In this document: positions 9,377 to 19,809 of the stretch, piece by piece
Position numbering within the stretch: position 1 is the first letter of the stretch
Layout: each line of letters opens with the position of its first letter
Translations under genes and position numbers: made by a program
The notes under the pieces: generated by a model
The model's database searches: none
What the model was told of the DNA's origin: nothing
The model's input: only the letters and a program-made list of their open reading frames with translations
Virus record (IMG/VR): IMGVR_UViG_3300018080_000167
Coordinates: 1 to 64,000 of that record
Reading direction: 5' to 3' (one strand)
Source of the DNA: a virus
Length of the DNA stretch: 64,000 nucleotides

Positions 9377-10592
9377 TTATAACGCCCATCTCTTTGTCGT
9401 CGCCGACTCTTTCCATCCACAACTGAAAATCATTATCTTTTACAACCTGTTGAATTTCCTTAATGCTGTCATTGTCCAGAAGCCCACCATCTTTTACCAA
9501 AAGTACCCTAAGTTTTGGGTTCAACGCCATTCCACAGGCTATTGACACCTTGAGCTGTTTAGAAGACGACTCTTGTTCAAACGGCACTCCATCAATAAAG
9601 ATGCCATCTTCGGTGAAAGACAGTCCTTCTACCGGCATATTTACCTCAGAAAGCCGCTTTTCCTTCTCTTGATCTATTTCTTTTATTTGATCTGTCAATT
9701 TTTTATATTTTTCACGACTTTCTCTTAGCTTTTTAAGCAACTCTTTGTGCTCATTTACTGCATCAACCGCCTTATTTGTTTCTTCAGCCATATTTAACCG
9801 TTTTTTAATTTCACTTGTATCGACCTTATCTGCTACCTTAAATTTTTCTTGAATCTTTAATCTTTGGTTCTTGAGATCTTTGTATTCTTCTTTTTTGGCA
9901 TTAAACTTTTGCTTAAGCTCCTCTAACTCTTCACGAACATACTTCATTCTATGGTCAATATTTTCTGCGTCTATAGTAAGTCTATCTACTTCAGCATTTT
10001 TTTCATTAGCATTATTAAGTTTTTCCATAAGGCGCTTAACAGAAACTTTTTCTTCTGGAATTTCATCTGGTAAATTTTCTTCTATCTTATCACATTGCGC
10101 CCTAAGTCTTTTACCCTCTCTGTTTACTTTTTTACGATCTTCATAAATGAAAGCCCTTTTTTTCTCTAGATCAGCAAAATCTAAGCCAGTAATTTCCTTT
10201 AGAATCTCCACCTGCCTTTTGGAATCCATACGAGTAAATGCAAACGGATCAAATGAAATTTCGCCCACCAGTTTATTCAACATCTTTTGAGGTGACCCAA
10301 ATGTTGCGCCGTCTTGATTTGTAATTTTTAATGTGCCGCCACCATCTTCGGTGAATGTGCGCTTTACCTTATATTCGCCAAGATCAAGCTCTACAAAGCC
10401 CCTCTTTTCTCCATCTCGCAATGCTTTCTTTGGAATATTGCGACTACCAGCCAATGCTGCAAGAATGGAGTCCAAAACAGATGATTTCCCCTGAGAGTTC
10501 TTCCCACTGAGAATAACAAGCTCTCCATCTGGAGTGATTTCAACTGCCTTAATACGTTTGAAATTTTTTGTTACAAGGTTTAAAATCTTCAT
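9345..10592 (-). CDS. SMC/SbcC-like ATPase with long coiled coil
   Basis: NFKRIK, Walker A GKNSQGKSS, central coiled coil, C-terminal signature/Walker B-like LLVKDGGLLD. Confidence 0.85.
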   Translation of the reverse strand: MKILNLVTKNFKRIKAVEITPDGELVILSGKNSQGKSSVLDSILAALAGSRNIPKKALRDGEKRGFVELDLGEYKVKRTFTEDGGGTLKITNQDGATFGSPQKMLNKLVGEISFDPFAFTRMDSKRQVEILKEITGLDFADLEKKRAFIYEDRKKVNREGKRLRAQCDKIEENLPDEIPEEKVSVKRLMEKLNNANEKNAEVDRLTIDAENIDHRMKYVREELEELKQKFNAKKEEYKDLKNQRLKIQEKFKVADKVDTSEIKKRLNMAEETNKAVDAVNEHKELLKKLRESREKYKKLTDQIKEIDQEKEKRLSEVNMPVEGLSFTEDGIFIDGVPFEQESSSKQLKVSIACGMALNPKLRVLLVKDGGLLDNDSIKEIQQVVKDNDFQLWMERVGDDKEMGVIIEDGKIKTDG

Positions 10593-10628
10593 CTTTTTTC
10601 CTTTCAGCAATTTTCCTCTCTATTTATA

Positions 10629-10656
10629 ATATCTACTAATTGCTGTTTTTTTCCAA
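10629..10656 (-). promoter_or_regulatory. class II phage promoter TTGGAA-N12-TAGTAGATAT
   Basis: Conserved bipartite motif upstream of SMC-like gene. Confidence 0.65.
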
Positions 10657-10663
10657 TTAAAAT

Positions 10664-11056
10664 TTAACAATCTCCACACAGCCACTCCAATGAATTTTGA
10701 TAGACAAATATATCATTATCGGATGGATCAATAGTTATACAGCCAGATGTATTTCCATCGCTATCGGTTGTTTCTACCCAGTGTAATTTTTCATTTTTGT
10801 CTATTTTTTCCACATCGGAACCTAAAGATTTCACAGCGCATTTTAATGTTTCATATTTTGTTTTTAAGTTAATATTTTTATTTTTTAAATCATCAATTTC
10901 ATCACTGATTTCATCAAATGATTTTTCTAGTTTCGCTTGTTCGTCTTTCAATTGATTATTTTTTTTTATGCTTTGATCTAATTCTGTCCAAAGTTGCCAA
11001 AGAAAAACAACTTCTGCTATAATAATAACTGCCAAAATAGATATTATCCAAGTCAT
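10664..11056 (-). CDS. membrane-anchored coiled-coil protein
   Basis: N-terminal hydrophobic helix followed by heptad region. Confidence 0.55.
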   Translation of the reverse strand: MTWIISILAVIIIAEVVFLWQLWTELDQSIKKNNQLKDEQAKLEKSFDEISDEIDDLKNKNINLKTKYETLKCAVKSLGSDVEKIDKNEKLHWVETTDSDGNTSGCITIDPSDNDIFVYQNSLEWLCGDC

Positions 11057-11268
11057 TTTGCGTTCCTTTCTAAAATTTTAATTATTTTTGCATAATTTTC
11101 TCTTATGTGTGGAAATTTACATTCTGAACAATCTTTCACCCCATTTTTTAATATTTTATAATTACCAGGACAATCTAAATGGTAAAGTGGGCAAAAACAA
11201 AATAAACAATTAATTTCTTCCATGTTGTGACATGGGTAAAAAGGACATTCTTTATATTCGAAAAACAT
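11053..11268 (-). CDS. cysteine-rich small domain protein
   Basis: CPFYPCH...NCLFCFCPLY...DCSECKFPH. Confidence 0.75.
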   Translation of the reverse strand: MFFEYKECPFYPCHNMEEINCLFCFCPLYHLDCPGNYKILKNGVKDCSECKFPHIRENYAKIIKILERNAK

Positions 11269-11579
11269 TAAAACTTCTTATTCCCGTGTCGATATGGTCG
11301 TTGTTTATTTTTGTTGTGCTTTTTTTCTACCTCTGCAATTATGTCTATTTCTTCGTGTTCACATAGGTCAAAAATTCTAATAATCGCATCTGCAAGTTCT
11401 TCGCCAAGCCAACCATCTTCACCATCCACTTTGTGCTCTCTACATCCCTCAAGCGCTTCTGAAATCTCTGAATGTACAAGACAAAGCAATTCTGGAATAG
11501 AGCGTTCTTTATCCCACCATCCGTGTTCTTTTGCAACTTGATTGATGTCTTTGGGACTTACAATTTTTACTTTTGACAT
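11268..11579 (-). CDS. MazG-like nucleotide pyrophosphohydrolase
   Basis: LVHSEISEALE ... EELADAIIRIFD. Confidence 0.8.
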   Translation of the reverse strand: MSKVKIVSPKDINQVAKEHGWWDKERSIPELLCLVHSEISEALEGCREHKVDGEDGWLGEELADAIIRIFDLCEHEEIDIIAEVEKKHNKNKQRPYRHGNKKF

Positions 11580-11798
11580 AATTTTTCCTTATTTATTTTA
11601 ATAGTAGTGTCCAAAAAATAACGCCCATAAACAAAAAAGATAACAAGCAGCCAACTAAAGCCTCTCCGTCTGCATCGTCTTTATCAATAAATATATCTTC
11701 TAATTCTGATATATTAAAAATGCGTGACAAAAAAAATATGGCAAGCATTATACCAGACAATGCATGTATGAACCCAACTACAATAAGAATTGTTGTGA

Positions 11799-14267
11799 TC
11801 ATTTTTCTACTCCGAAATAATCTAAAATAAAATCTCTTTTGTCCTTGGCTCTTACAAATCGTTGCATTATTTCAAGTTTGTGCAGCTTTTCTTTTTTGCG
11901 ACTTTCGCTTAAATCAAAATCTATTCCAAGTTTGTCAAAACTTTTCACATTATCTGACAATACCATCACGCCTCTTTTGGGTGCTTTAAAAACGCCCCTT
12001 TTTTTCAACTCTGTTAAACATGTAGATATCTGTGCCCTTTCCAGATTGTCTTTCCCTATCATTTGTCCGAATGCACTATATGTAATTTTGTTTTCTTCTC
12101 CTACTACAAGATTATTGAGCAAATGTACATAAACTCTTTTATATAATTCAATTGATGGATGGCTAATGTCAATAAGATATTTTCTAAGGCGTATATCATT
12201 CGGATAATAAAATAGCACACATTCAGATGGCTTTCCGTCCCGCCCTGCGCGTCCCACTTCTTGGTAATACGCCTCTATAGAGCCTGGAATTGTATAATGC
12301 AAAATGTGTCGTATATTGCTCTTGTCGATGCCCATACCTATTGCAATTGTTCCCACGATACAGGAAATATCATTATCCATAAAAAGCTCTTGTGTTTTCT
12401 GTCTGTCCTCTTTTTTCATATCTGCGTGATATGGCAACGAAAAATCATCTATATGATAATTTTTTTTAACCCTTTCATTTATTTCTTTAGACAATACTTC
12501 GCAATCTTTTCTTGAGCCACAATAAACAATCATAGGTGGGAAACAACCATTCTTTTCATATATCGAATTAAAATAATTATAAAATGCATCTTTTTTATCA
12601 ATTGCGTATCCATGATATTCACATTTAAGCGTAAGCTCTGGACGATCAAAGCCACCTATTTTTATAAATGGCTCTTTCATTTCAAGATTTTTTGTGATAT
12701 CCCACACAACCCTTTCTGTGGCTGTTGCTGTTAGTGCTACAATACTTGGATCTCCTGCAAACCTCCTTATTTTTCCTATGTCACGATATTCTTTTCTGAA
12801 CTCGTGCCCCCACAGACTTACGAGATGTGCTTCATCTACCGCAATAAGCGATACATTAATCTGTGATATTATATCTTTAAAATATTCTGTGCAAAGCAAT
12901 TCTGGTGATACATATACCATTTTATATTTATTATCAATAATATCTTTAACAATCTTTCTTTTTTCTTTTTGTCCAAGAGTGCTATTTAAAAATGTAGCTG
13001 GAAGGTTACGGTTTTTTAATGCCATTACTTGATCAGCCATTAGTGAGATCAGTGGAGAAATTACAAGTGTTACGCCATCTTTAAGTAGGGCTGGCAATTG
13101 ATAAAGCATAGAATTATGTGTGATTGTAAAGTCTTCTAATAAATATCTATGATCTTTATCAAGCTGAAATCCATAATATTGTTCATTGTCAGATATTTTT
13201 TTTATAATAAATCCTGAAACTAAGGAGTTTGTTCTTTGTCGTCTTTTACAAGCTTTTTTGCGTTTTATTCTTAATGGTATTTGAGAGCAGTCGCCAGATA
13301 TATGTATCCTATTGTATAATTTATTAGGTCCGCATTTTCCATGATGTGCATGAAGTCCTAAACTTCGTGCCAAAAACAATACATTGTCAGCCATTTTGTT
13401 AGATTTACAAGAAAACTCGTATCCACTATGTCCTAAATACCCATCTGTGTCTAATAATCCAGCTAATAATTCTAATCTATCATATTTGTTTCTATAAAGA
13501 TATTGTTTTGGAATAAATTTATCGGCACACGCAATTGGTAATAATCCCAATTCTCTCAGGGCTGTTTTCAAAGGATTTTTCTGTGGTCCACGTTTTTTAT
13601 TAGAAAATCTATATGCATTACAGCCACAACTATTTTGATATATGACACATTTAATATCAAAAATATCAGCCAATTCTTGACATGCATCCTGTATCTCTAC
13701 ATCATTTTTTGTTACCGAAACACTATTGTCGTGTGCTAACGACCCATCTCCTAATATCATTCCAAGATAATATGGTGGAATTTTATATTGTTTTTCTATT
13801 TGTCCAAATTTATCAACTCCTGTTCTTATTAATTTATAAATATGTTTTTTATATTTACTCCACGTCAAATATTCTTTGATGGATACATCTATAATTGGCT
13901 TGTTGTCATATCCTTTTCCTTCGTTGGTTTTTATTAGACTGATCTTATGGTGCGGAGTAGCGCCAAATGCTTTTCCTTTATGCGGAATTATGTTGTATAT
14001 TACATCTCTTCCACGAGCAAGGGACAAGACAACTCTAGGCGTGTTGTCTGGACCCATAAGCTTGTCGCCAACTATTATATTTTCCACATTTTTTATAGAG
14101 CCATCATACATTATAACTTTTGTTCCAGCCGGATGGCATTTTCCCCCACCTGTCGGCATTACTGCGAGCGTATCTCTGTTTTCCATAATGTTTTTAATTG
14201 TTTCTTCTTGTCCTGGACGGAAAGAGTCGAAACCAAAATGTTTTTTCAATGCTTTTTTTAAGTCCAT
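11799..14267 (-). CDS. recQ: RecQ family DNA helicase containing an intein
   Basis: FGFDSFRPGQ, MPTGGGK/S, DEAH, ALTATAT, YYQEVGRAGRDG. Confidence 0.95.
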   Translation of the reverse strand: MDLKKALKKHFGFDSFRPGQEETIKNIMENRDTLAVMPTGGGKCHPAGTKVIMYDGSIKNVENIIVGDKLMGPDNTPRVVLSLARGRDVIYNIIPHKGKAFGATPHHKISLIKTNEGKGYDNKPIIDVSIKEYLTWSKYKKHIYKLIRTGVDKFGQIEKQYKIPPYYLGMILGDGSLAHDNSVSVTKNDVEIQDACQELADIFDIKCVIYQNSCGCNAYRFSNKKRGPQKNPLKTALRELGLLPIACADKFIPKQYLYRNKYDRLELLAGLLDTDGYLGHSGYEFSCKSNKMADNVLFLARSLGLHAHHGKCGPNKLYNRIHISGDCSQIPLRIKRKKACKRRQRTNSLVSGFIIKKISDNEQYYGFQLDKDHRYLLEDFTITHNSMLYQLPALLKDGVTLVISPLISLMADQVMALKNRNLPATFLNSTLGQKEKRKIVKDIIDNKYKMVYVSPELLCTEYFKDIISQINVSLIAVDEAHLVSLWGHEFRKEYRDIGKIRRFAGDPSIVALTATATERVVWDITKNLEMKEPFIKIGGFDRPELTLKCEYHGYAIDKKDAFYNYFNSIYEKNGCFPPMIVYCGSRKDCEVLSKEINERVKKNYHIDDFSLPYHADMKKEDRQKTQELFMDNDISCIVGTIAIGMGIDKSNIRHILHYTIPGSIEAYYQEVGRAGRDGKPSECVLFYYPNDIRLRKYLIDISHPSIELYKRVYVHLLNNLVVGEENKITYSAFGQMIGKDNLERAQISTCLTELKKRGVFKAPKRGVMVLSDNVKSFDKLGIDFDLSESRKKEKLHKLEIMQRFVRAKDKRDFILDYFGVEK
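13113..14138 (-). mobile_element. intein (342 aa) with LAGLIDADG homing endonuclease in RecQ Walker A
   Basis: Begins CHPAGTKVIMYDGS, ends FTITHN followed by extein Ser; LGMILGDG and LLAGLLDTDG motifs. Confidence 0.95.
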
Positions 14268-14269
14268 TA

Positions 14270-14878
14270 TTAAATATCCAAATCAATTTTTGGCTGGTAC
14301 TCTAAAAGTTCTTTAGTAAAAATATTTGGGCATTCTTTGTTGAGAATTTTATAAATTTCTTTTGCTACATTACGAATCTCAAGTTGGGCGTGTTTGCCAA
14401 GGCGCAGCCTAAGGAATGAATACCAAGCTTGCAGGTTGCCAGTAACATTCATACTTGTTTTGTGTGCGTTACTTAGAATCATTCTTGAATCTTCATTTTT
14501 ATATTTAAGATTTAATTTTCTATACCACGCAATAATTTTTTGTTGACATTCTGCAAAAAACGATTGATCCTCGATATCAAATACGGATGGCATAATAAAG
14601 TTGATAGAATCTTCTTTATTGTAGCGCTGAGAACGAACCAAATATCGAAGGTGTGCATGTCGAGTCATTTGTGCCAAAAAAGCCCTGCTTACATCAGATA
14701 TATGAAATGTTGCATATGCAAAAGACAATGCACTTAAGTGTCCTCGTTTAATAATATTCGGAAGAAATTGTTTATGAGAGTCTTCTGTCATTTTATTAAG
14801 TGAGTCGTAACATTCTCTTGTATATATTTCAATTTTAGTTTCTGCATATTGCGTAATGTCTGCCAGCTCTACTTTCAT
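14270..14878 (-). CDS. thyX: FAD-dependent thymidylate synthase
   Basis: GHLS, VSRAFLAQMTRH...SQRY, HAQLEIR. Confidence 0.92.
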   Translation of the reverse strand: MKVELADITQYAETKIEIYTRECYDSLNKMTEDSHKQFLPNIIKRGHLSALSFAYATFHISDVSRAFLAQMTRHAHLRYLVRSQRYNKEDSINFIMPSVFDIEDQSFFAECQQKIIAWYRKLNLKYKNEDSRMILSNAHKTSMNVTGNLQAWYSFLRLRLGKHAQLEIRNVAKEIYKILNKECPNIFTKELLEYQPKIDLDI

Positions 14879-15589
14879 CGAAAACTCCTTATCTGTTTTT
14901 TAAAGTCGAAAATTTCTATACCAACAACATCTGCATCGTCGTAAAGAATTGTAAACTTATCATAAGGCTGTGCAATACAGATATTTCTAAATTTACGTTT
15001 TATTTTTAGTGTGTCGGTATTATCTGAATATTCAATTGTCATTCCATCTATTTCATATTTTTCCTCTATTATTTGCCAAAAATTAAATATTTTTACACCT
15101 ACAAAACTACAGCTAAATAGATCATGATATAAAATACATTGTCCATCATTTGTTACATCTCCATAGTATGCTCCATAGTTTATATGAGGAAAAAATATCA
15201 TCATGGTATCTATTAAACTAATCTCTCTTATGTCTAATATTTGTGTGTTTAAATCCATCATTAATCCTTCAGTCAATTTTTATTGTGACACAACATAATT
15301 AAAATATAAAGAACAATTTCTATCATCAACAAATGTAAAGACATACTTTCTTTCGCCTGAACAATATTTTATACAACTCTTAAATATCCATTTATATTCA
15401 TTAACCTCTTCAGGAAACTGAATTATTTCTGCATCTCTTACTAAACAATTTCCATTATGATTATATACTGACACAACATCACCTTTTTCAAGTTTTAATT
15501 TATCTTTTACAAAACTCATAAGATACTCCTTTTGTTCAAAAAATTGATTTGTTTATTTTCACATTTAAAAAGTAGATATTTTAATATTT

Positions 15590-16054
15590 TTAATACCATC
15601 TTGTAATTTGCATAATAAATTTATAATCAATTTGCTTTCTTTTTACTGGTCCAATTTCTGGACTGTCAAGAGCCACCTCTCTGTTGTCTCCGAGTACAAA
15701 AAATTCATCTTTCCCAAGTTCCATCATAACTTTATCTGGATTTTTAACTGTTGTAGATATATATTTTTCATTCATTCGTAAAATTTGTCCATTTGTGTCA
15801 AGTATTGTTACTGTGTGTCTATTTACAAATACTGTTTCGCCTGGAAGTCCAACTATGCGTTTAACTAGATATTTATTTTTATACCTAAAACCAATAATAT
15901 CTCCCCTATTTACATTATTTGTTGATAGACATAAACACATATCTCCATCTCCAAGTGTGGGGTTCATCGATGTCCCTACAACGTGAATAATTTTAAAATT
16001 CCAAGCAAAAATAATACATAAAATTAATATAATAAATAAAATTTTAAGTCTCAT
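15590..16054 (-). CDS. signal peptidase I (S26)
   Basis: TM helix, GTSMNPTL (Ser), LVKRIVGLPGE (Lys), FVLGDNR..DS. Confidence 0.9.
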   Translation of the reverse strand: MRLKILFIILILCIIFAWNFKIIHVVGTSMNPTLGDGDMCLCLSTNNVNRGDIIGFRYKNKYLVKRIVGLPGETVFVNRHTVTILDTNGQILRMNEKYISTTVKNPDKVMMELGKDEFFVLGDNREVALDSPEIGPVKRKQIDYKFIMQITRWY

Positions 16055-16523
16055 CTTTTAGTCCTTCATAATATTTTTTTGCCTTAATTAAATCAATATT
16101 GTTGCTCCTTGCTTCAATCCACGGCTGCTCTTGCGTCACCAATGATTTTAGCCATTCGGAATCTCTATGTCCATAATATTTTATAATAGCATCTATGCTT
16201 TCTTTTTGTGATATATTTAATTTTTTTAAACACCCTTTTTTTAATATAGTAGAGTATTGATATGCACCATCCCACCCTATAATGTATTCAAATGTTGGAA
16301 AATTTACACCATATTCTGTAGCAATTGGTTGATCTGGAAACAATATTTCATCTTCCCATACAAAATGCCAAACTTTCGCATAAAATAACAATATTATTAA
16401 TTTATAAAAATCAATATGTTTATTTTTAATTCTTTTGTGTTTTAAAATATATTTTGCAATATCATGTATTGTCAACGAACAACTTTCTTTTTCTTTACTC
16501 TTGAAAATTTTTGGAAAGAACAT
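16044..16523 (-). CDS. Panacea/DUF4065 (SocA-like) antitoxin-domain protein
   Basis: DIAKYIL...KL..LLFYA..W, IDAIIKYYG...WL..L...EQPWIEAR. Confidence 0.65.
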   Translation of the reverse strand: MFFPKIFKSKEKESCSLTIHDIAKYILKHKRIKNKHIDFYKLIILLFYAKVWHFVWEDEILFPDQPIATEYGVNFPTFEYIIGWDGAYQYSTILKKGCLKKLNISQKESIDAIIKYYGHRDSEWLKSLVTQEQPWIEARSNNIDLIKAKKYYEGLKDET

Positions 16524-16532
16524 ATTTTCTCC

Positions 16533-16901
16533 TTAAACTAAATGCAAATCTCCATCGGGATGCATTTTTTTAAATTTTCTTATTGTGTCTTCTGTGCCAC
16601 CAGTCCTATCTTCTGCAACACATGCTATAATTACATTTGATACACGAGCGATATCCGAATTGCGTATCAGTCCAGCCTTTCTTCCATGTTCGTCCCAATT
16701 AGGATAAAAAATAATAATTGGAATACCAGATTTTTTCGCAATTCTTTCTGCAAATCTATCACCACCCTTTGGACAACCACCACTACAAATGTAGTCACCT
16801 TTATTATATATAGAATAAAATCTGTCGTGTACTGCAAAATAGTCATCTTCGTTGTTGCGCCGTCTACTGCCTATAATGCCAATCACTTTTCTTTTCGACA
16901 C
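16533..16901 (-). CDS. SLOG/DUF2493 (YspA-like) protein
   Basis: IGIIGSR, SGGCPKGGD, AGLIRN, TGGTEDT. Confidence 0.75.
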   Translation of the reverse strand: MSKRKVIGIIGSRRRNNEDDYFAVHDRFYSIYNKGDYICSGGCPKGGDRFAERIAKKSGIPIIIFYPNWDEHGRKAGLIRNSDIARVSNVIIACVAEDRTGGTEDTIRKFKKMHPDGDLHLV

Positions 16902-17064
16902 GACACTCTCCTAAATATATAATCAAATGAAAAATACCAAATTGTTTTAGAAATTTCTATACATAGTCCTACAAAGCCTATCTTTACAACATCATCAAAA
17001 AATAATGATAAAATTGTAGCTGACAACATAAACGATAAGGTCCTATATATAAGAGCTTTTTTAA

Positions 17065-17526
17065 TTAATAATTTAATTTCTTTGCGCATTTATCACAAAG
17101 GGCTCGTATCCATCCACCGTCCCGGAGCCGTCCTTTCTTTCCACAGATTTCACATATTTCTGCAGATTTTTCTTCTGCCTTATCTATAATATCATACATA
17201 TTATCTGTACTATACGTTACATATATGCTAAGGGTGCCCCATTTTTCTTTGACTTGTATCGCTCTAAATAGCGGGCGTTCATACTTTGGCAGTTTCTTGA
17301 TTTCTTTTTCAAGCTTTATAGATGTCTTTTTGAGCAACTTGAGCCAACCATCCCCGATTTCAAAGCCGAAATACATAAGAGTGTCTCTCGGACCTCTTTT
17401 TTCTAATACATCTCTGTAAAGATTAGGACACATCTTTACTATTTTTTTTCGCATCCTAAGACTTTTCCACACAAGATATTTGTTATATGGCTTTGATAAA
17501 AAATTAATTATCTTTTTTCCTATATT
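17065..17526 (-). CDS. conserved phage hypothetical protein
   Basis: GDGW ... QVKEKWGTLSIY ... CEICG...LCDKC. Confidence 0.6.
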   Translation of the reverse strand, partial: NIGKKIINFLSKPYNKYLVWKSLRMRKKIVKMCPNLYRDVLEKRGPRDTLMYFGFEIGDGWLKLLKKTSIKLEKEIKKLPKYERPLFRAIQVKEKWGTLSIYVTYSTDNMYDIIDKAEEKSAEICEICGKKGRLRDGGWIRALCDKCAKKLNY

Positions 17527-18427
17527 CATTATTAATCCAATCTGTGTTTCCACGAAATTTAATATTCATATCCTCGATATTATTTAAAAAATTGGCTGCT
17601 TCGTCCAACCCTTTATTTCTGAAGCAATATGCCAAATTAGCAATGTCTTTTACCAGACAGGAGCCAGAATACCCTAGACAACCATCTGGGCCTGGAACTT
17701 GCGAGTGACTCATGCCTATTCTTTTGTCTTCTCCAACACCCCTTCTGACAATGTTGTAATTAACGTTATGTTGTTTACACAAGGCATAAATCATATTTGA
17801 AAAATTAATTTTTGTTGCAAGAAAACTATTCGATGCCAATTTAATCATTTCTGCTTCTGTCGTATTACAAATAACTGCTATGCAATCGCTTTCTTGTATA
17901 GAGTCAATTACATAGAAGGCTTTTGTGTCTGACTCTTTCCATTCACTAATCAAACTATTGGTGCCAAATACAATTCTATCTGGATTTTTAAGATCAGAAA
18001 GTGGAGTAGCCTCCGTTAAGAACTCAGGCGCGAACATGATATTAAGATTCGCAAAAGTATCATTGAGCGTTTTCGTATAGCCGACAGGGACGGTAGACTT
18101 AATAATAACCGCTTGATCTTTATTTTTTGTGAGTTTAGAAATATTGTATATTGTTTCATATACAAGCGAAACATCACATTGAAAACAATGTCCTTCTGTG
18201 CTATAACCAGTAGGTGGAGTTGGAACGCACACTAAAATAACATCGCAATTTGCTACCTCTTCCAACGGTTTTACTGCCGGTAGTGCCCACGATTCTGGCC
18301 AATTTAAAAAATATTTTTTATTTGTGTCATATACTTTTACGTTGAAGCCCAAATCCATTAGTGCTTTTGCGTGTGTACTACCGACAAAACCTGCCCCCAC
18401 AGTTCCTACGTTCTTTACATTAATCAT
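17504..18427 (-). CDS. UDP-glucose/GDP-mannose dehydrogenase family protein
   Basis: GAGFVG, CVPTP, IIKSTVP, APEFL, AEMIKLASNSFLATKI, GSCLVKD. Confidence 0.9.
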   Translation of the reverse strand: MINVKNVGTVGAGFVGSTHAKALMDLGFNVKVYDTNKKYFLNWPESWALPAVKPLEEVANCDVILVCVPTPPTGYSTEGHCFQCDVSLVYETIYNISKLTKNKDQAVIIKSTVPVGYTKTLNDTFANLNIMFAPEFLTEATPLSDLKNPDRIVFGTNSLISEWKESDTKAFYVIDSIQESDCIAVICNTTEAEMIKLASNSFLATKINFSNMIYALCKQHNVNYNIVRRGVGEDKRIGMSHSQVPGPDGCLGYSGSCLVKDIANLAYCFRNKGLDEAANFLNNIEDMNIKFRGNTDWINNEYRKKDN

Positions 18428-19110
18428 TAATATTCCTCCAAATTAAAAAAGTTATTATTCTTTTTCACCAATATTCTCATATCAAAATATAAATTTTTAA
18501 TCTTCTCTTCTTTAAGACGATACAAAAATTTACACCAATTAATTTTATCTGTGTCAAATATGTCTGCTATTTTTAAAAAATCAGAACGATTCATAACAAA
18601 GGCATATACACCGTCTATACCGCTCAAACTCTCTATTTTTTCCAATACGCTGTCCCAAGTAGCGAAGTATTTATTTTCGTCTATTTGCCAGTGTATCGGG
18701 CGAATAACCGTGCCATTTTCTACGTTCCTCATTGTTTGTATAAACTTAGGTGATATTACAATATTCGGATTTAGCCATAATACCTTCTTTACATTAACAT
18801 ACTCCTTTATAATTCTTGCAATATTTTTGTATATATTATTACAATTTAATATATTTACATTGCGGAATACACTTTTATTTTCATCAATAAAATTTAGTTC
18901 TTTATCTGTAATTTTGCCTATTACACATATCTCTATATTTTTTGGGCTTTCGAGCTGCCTGTTAAGAACAAAGTGTATTAAATTATATGCATTTTCTATA
19001 GAATTATTATTTGGAATAACAATTATCATCTTTTCTTTATTTGGAGAGCTGTTCACTTCAGTTCTCTTTGCTCTTTTAATGTCTCTTATTTCTTTTCGCG
19101 TTAAAAACAT
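18427..19110 (-). CDS. degenerate glycosyltransferase-like protein
   Basis: IIVIP...KVLWLNPNI GT-A-like layout without intact DxD. Confidence 0.35.
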   Translation of the reverse strand: MFLTRKEIRDIKRAKRTEVNSSPNKEKMIIVIPNNNSIENAYNLIHFVLNRQLESPKNIEICVIGKITDKELNFIDENKSVFRNVNILNCNNIYKNIARIIKEYVNVKKVLWLNPNIVISPKFIQTMRNVENGTVIRPIHWQIDENKYFATWDSVLEKIESLSGIDGVYAFVMNRSDFLKIADIFDTDKINWCKFLYRLKEEKIKNLYFDMRILVKKNNNFFNLEEY

Positions 19111-19450
19111 TAGTTTAATCCTATACGGAAATCACCGAAATCTATATCTTTGAATGGATTTTCTTCTCCACCCTGTCCAAACTTAATAGTTACACCGCCC
19201 TCTTCTATTTCTTCGAACGTTAGTTGCTCTGTAAGACGATTAAAAATATCTATTGTCTTTTCGACATGAGAGTTTGCAGCCTCGGCAATCATTTCTTCTG
19301 TAAATATGCCATCAATATCGCTAAACTCTATTTCTTTTTTAAGAAGTCCAAAAATTATATCTGGATTATTTGTTACAGCACTTAAAACACCTATAAAACC
19401 ATAAAAGTGACTGTTTGGCAATTCCAATGTTTTTTTATTCACGTTGCCCC

Positions 19451-19807
19451 CTATTTGTTAAGCCTTGTGTATTTTTCCCACTTTGTTTGATTTTTGCGCC
19501 GCCATTCTTTCATATGCTTTGTACCTTTCCTGCGTTCTTTTAGCACCTCTTCTTTCAAATCTTTATTCTTTTTTACTTTATCTCTTTTTTTTTCAAAATT
19601 ATTTATTTCCTCATCGCTGCCCTCCATTGTGTTCGCTCTTTTGATGTCTTTCCCTGGCCAGCTACCTCTTAATATAAAATTTGTGCTAAATTCTCTAGAC
19701 ATCTTTTCGCCACATTCGCACTTAACTACGCTTGGTGGCCCCTCTTGAATCGGTGCGACAATCTGTTTTTCATTACCGCATTTTTCGCAAAAGAAATCGT
19801 AATGCAT
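19451..19807 (-). CDS. FmdB-like zinc-ribbon protein
   Basis: YDFFCEKCG...KCECGEKMSR..FILRGSW. Confidence 0.7.
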   Translation of the reverse strand: MHYDFFCEKCGNEKQIVAPIQEGPPSVVKCECGEKMSREFSTNFILRGSWPGKDIKRANTMEGSDEEINNFEKKRDKVKKNKDLKEEVLKERRKGTKHMKEWRRKNQTKWEKYTRLNK

Positions 19808-19809
19808 TT

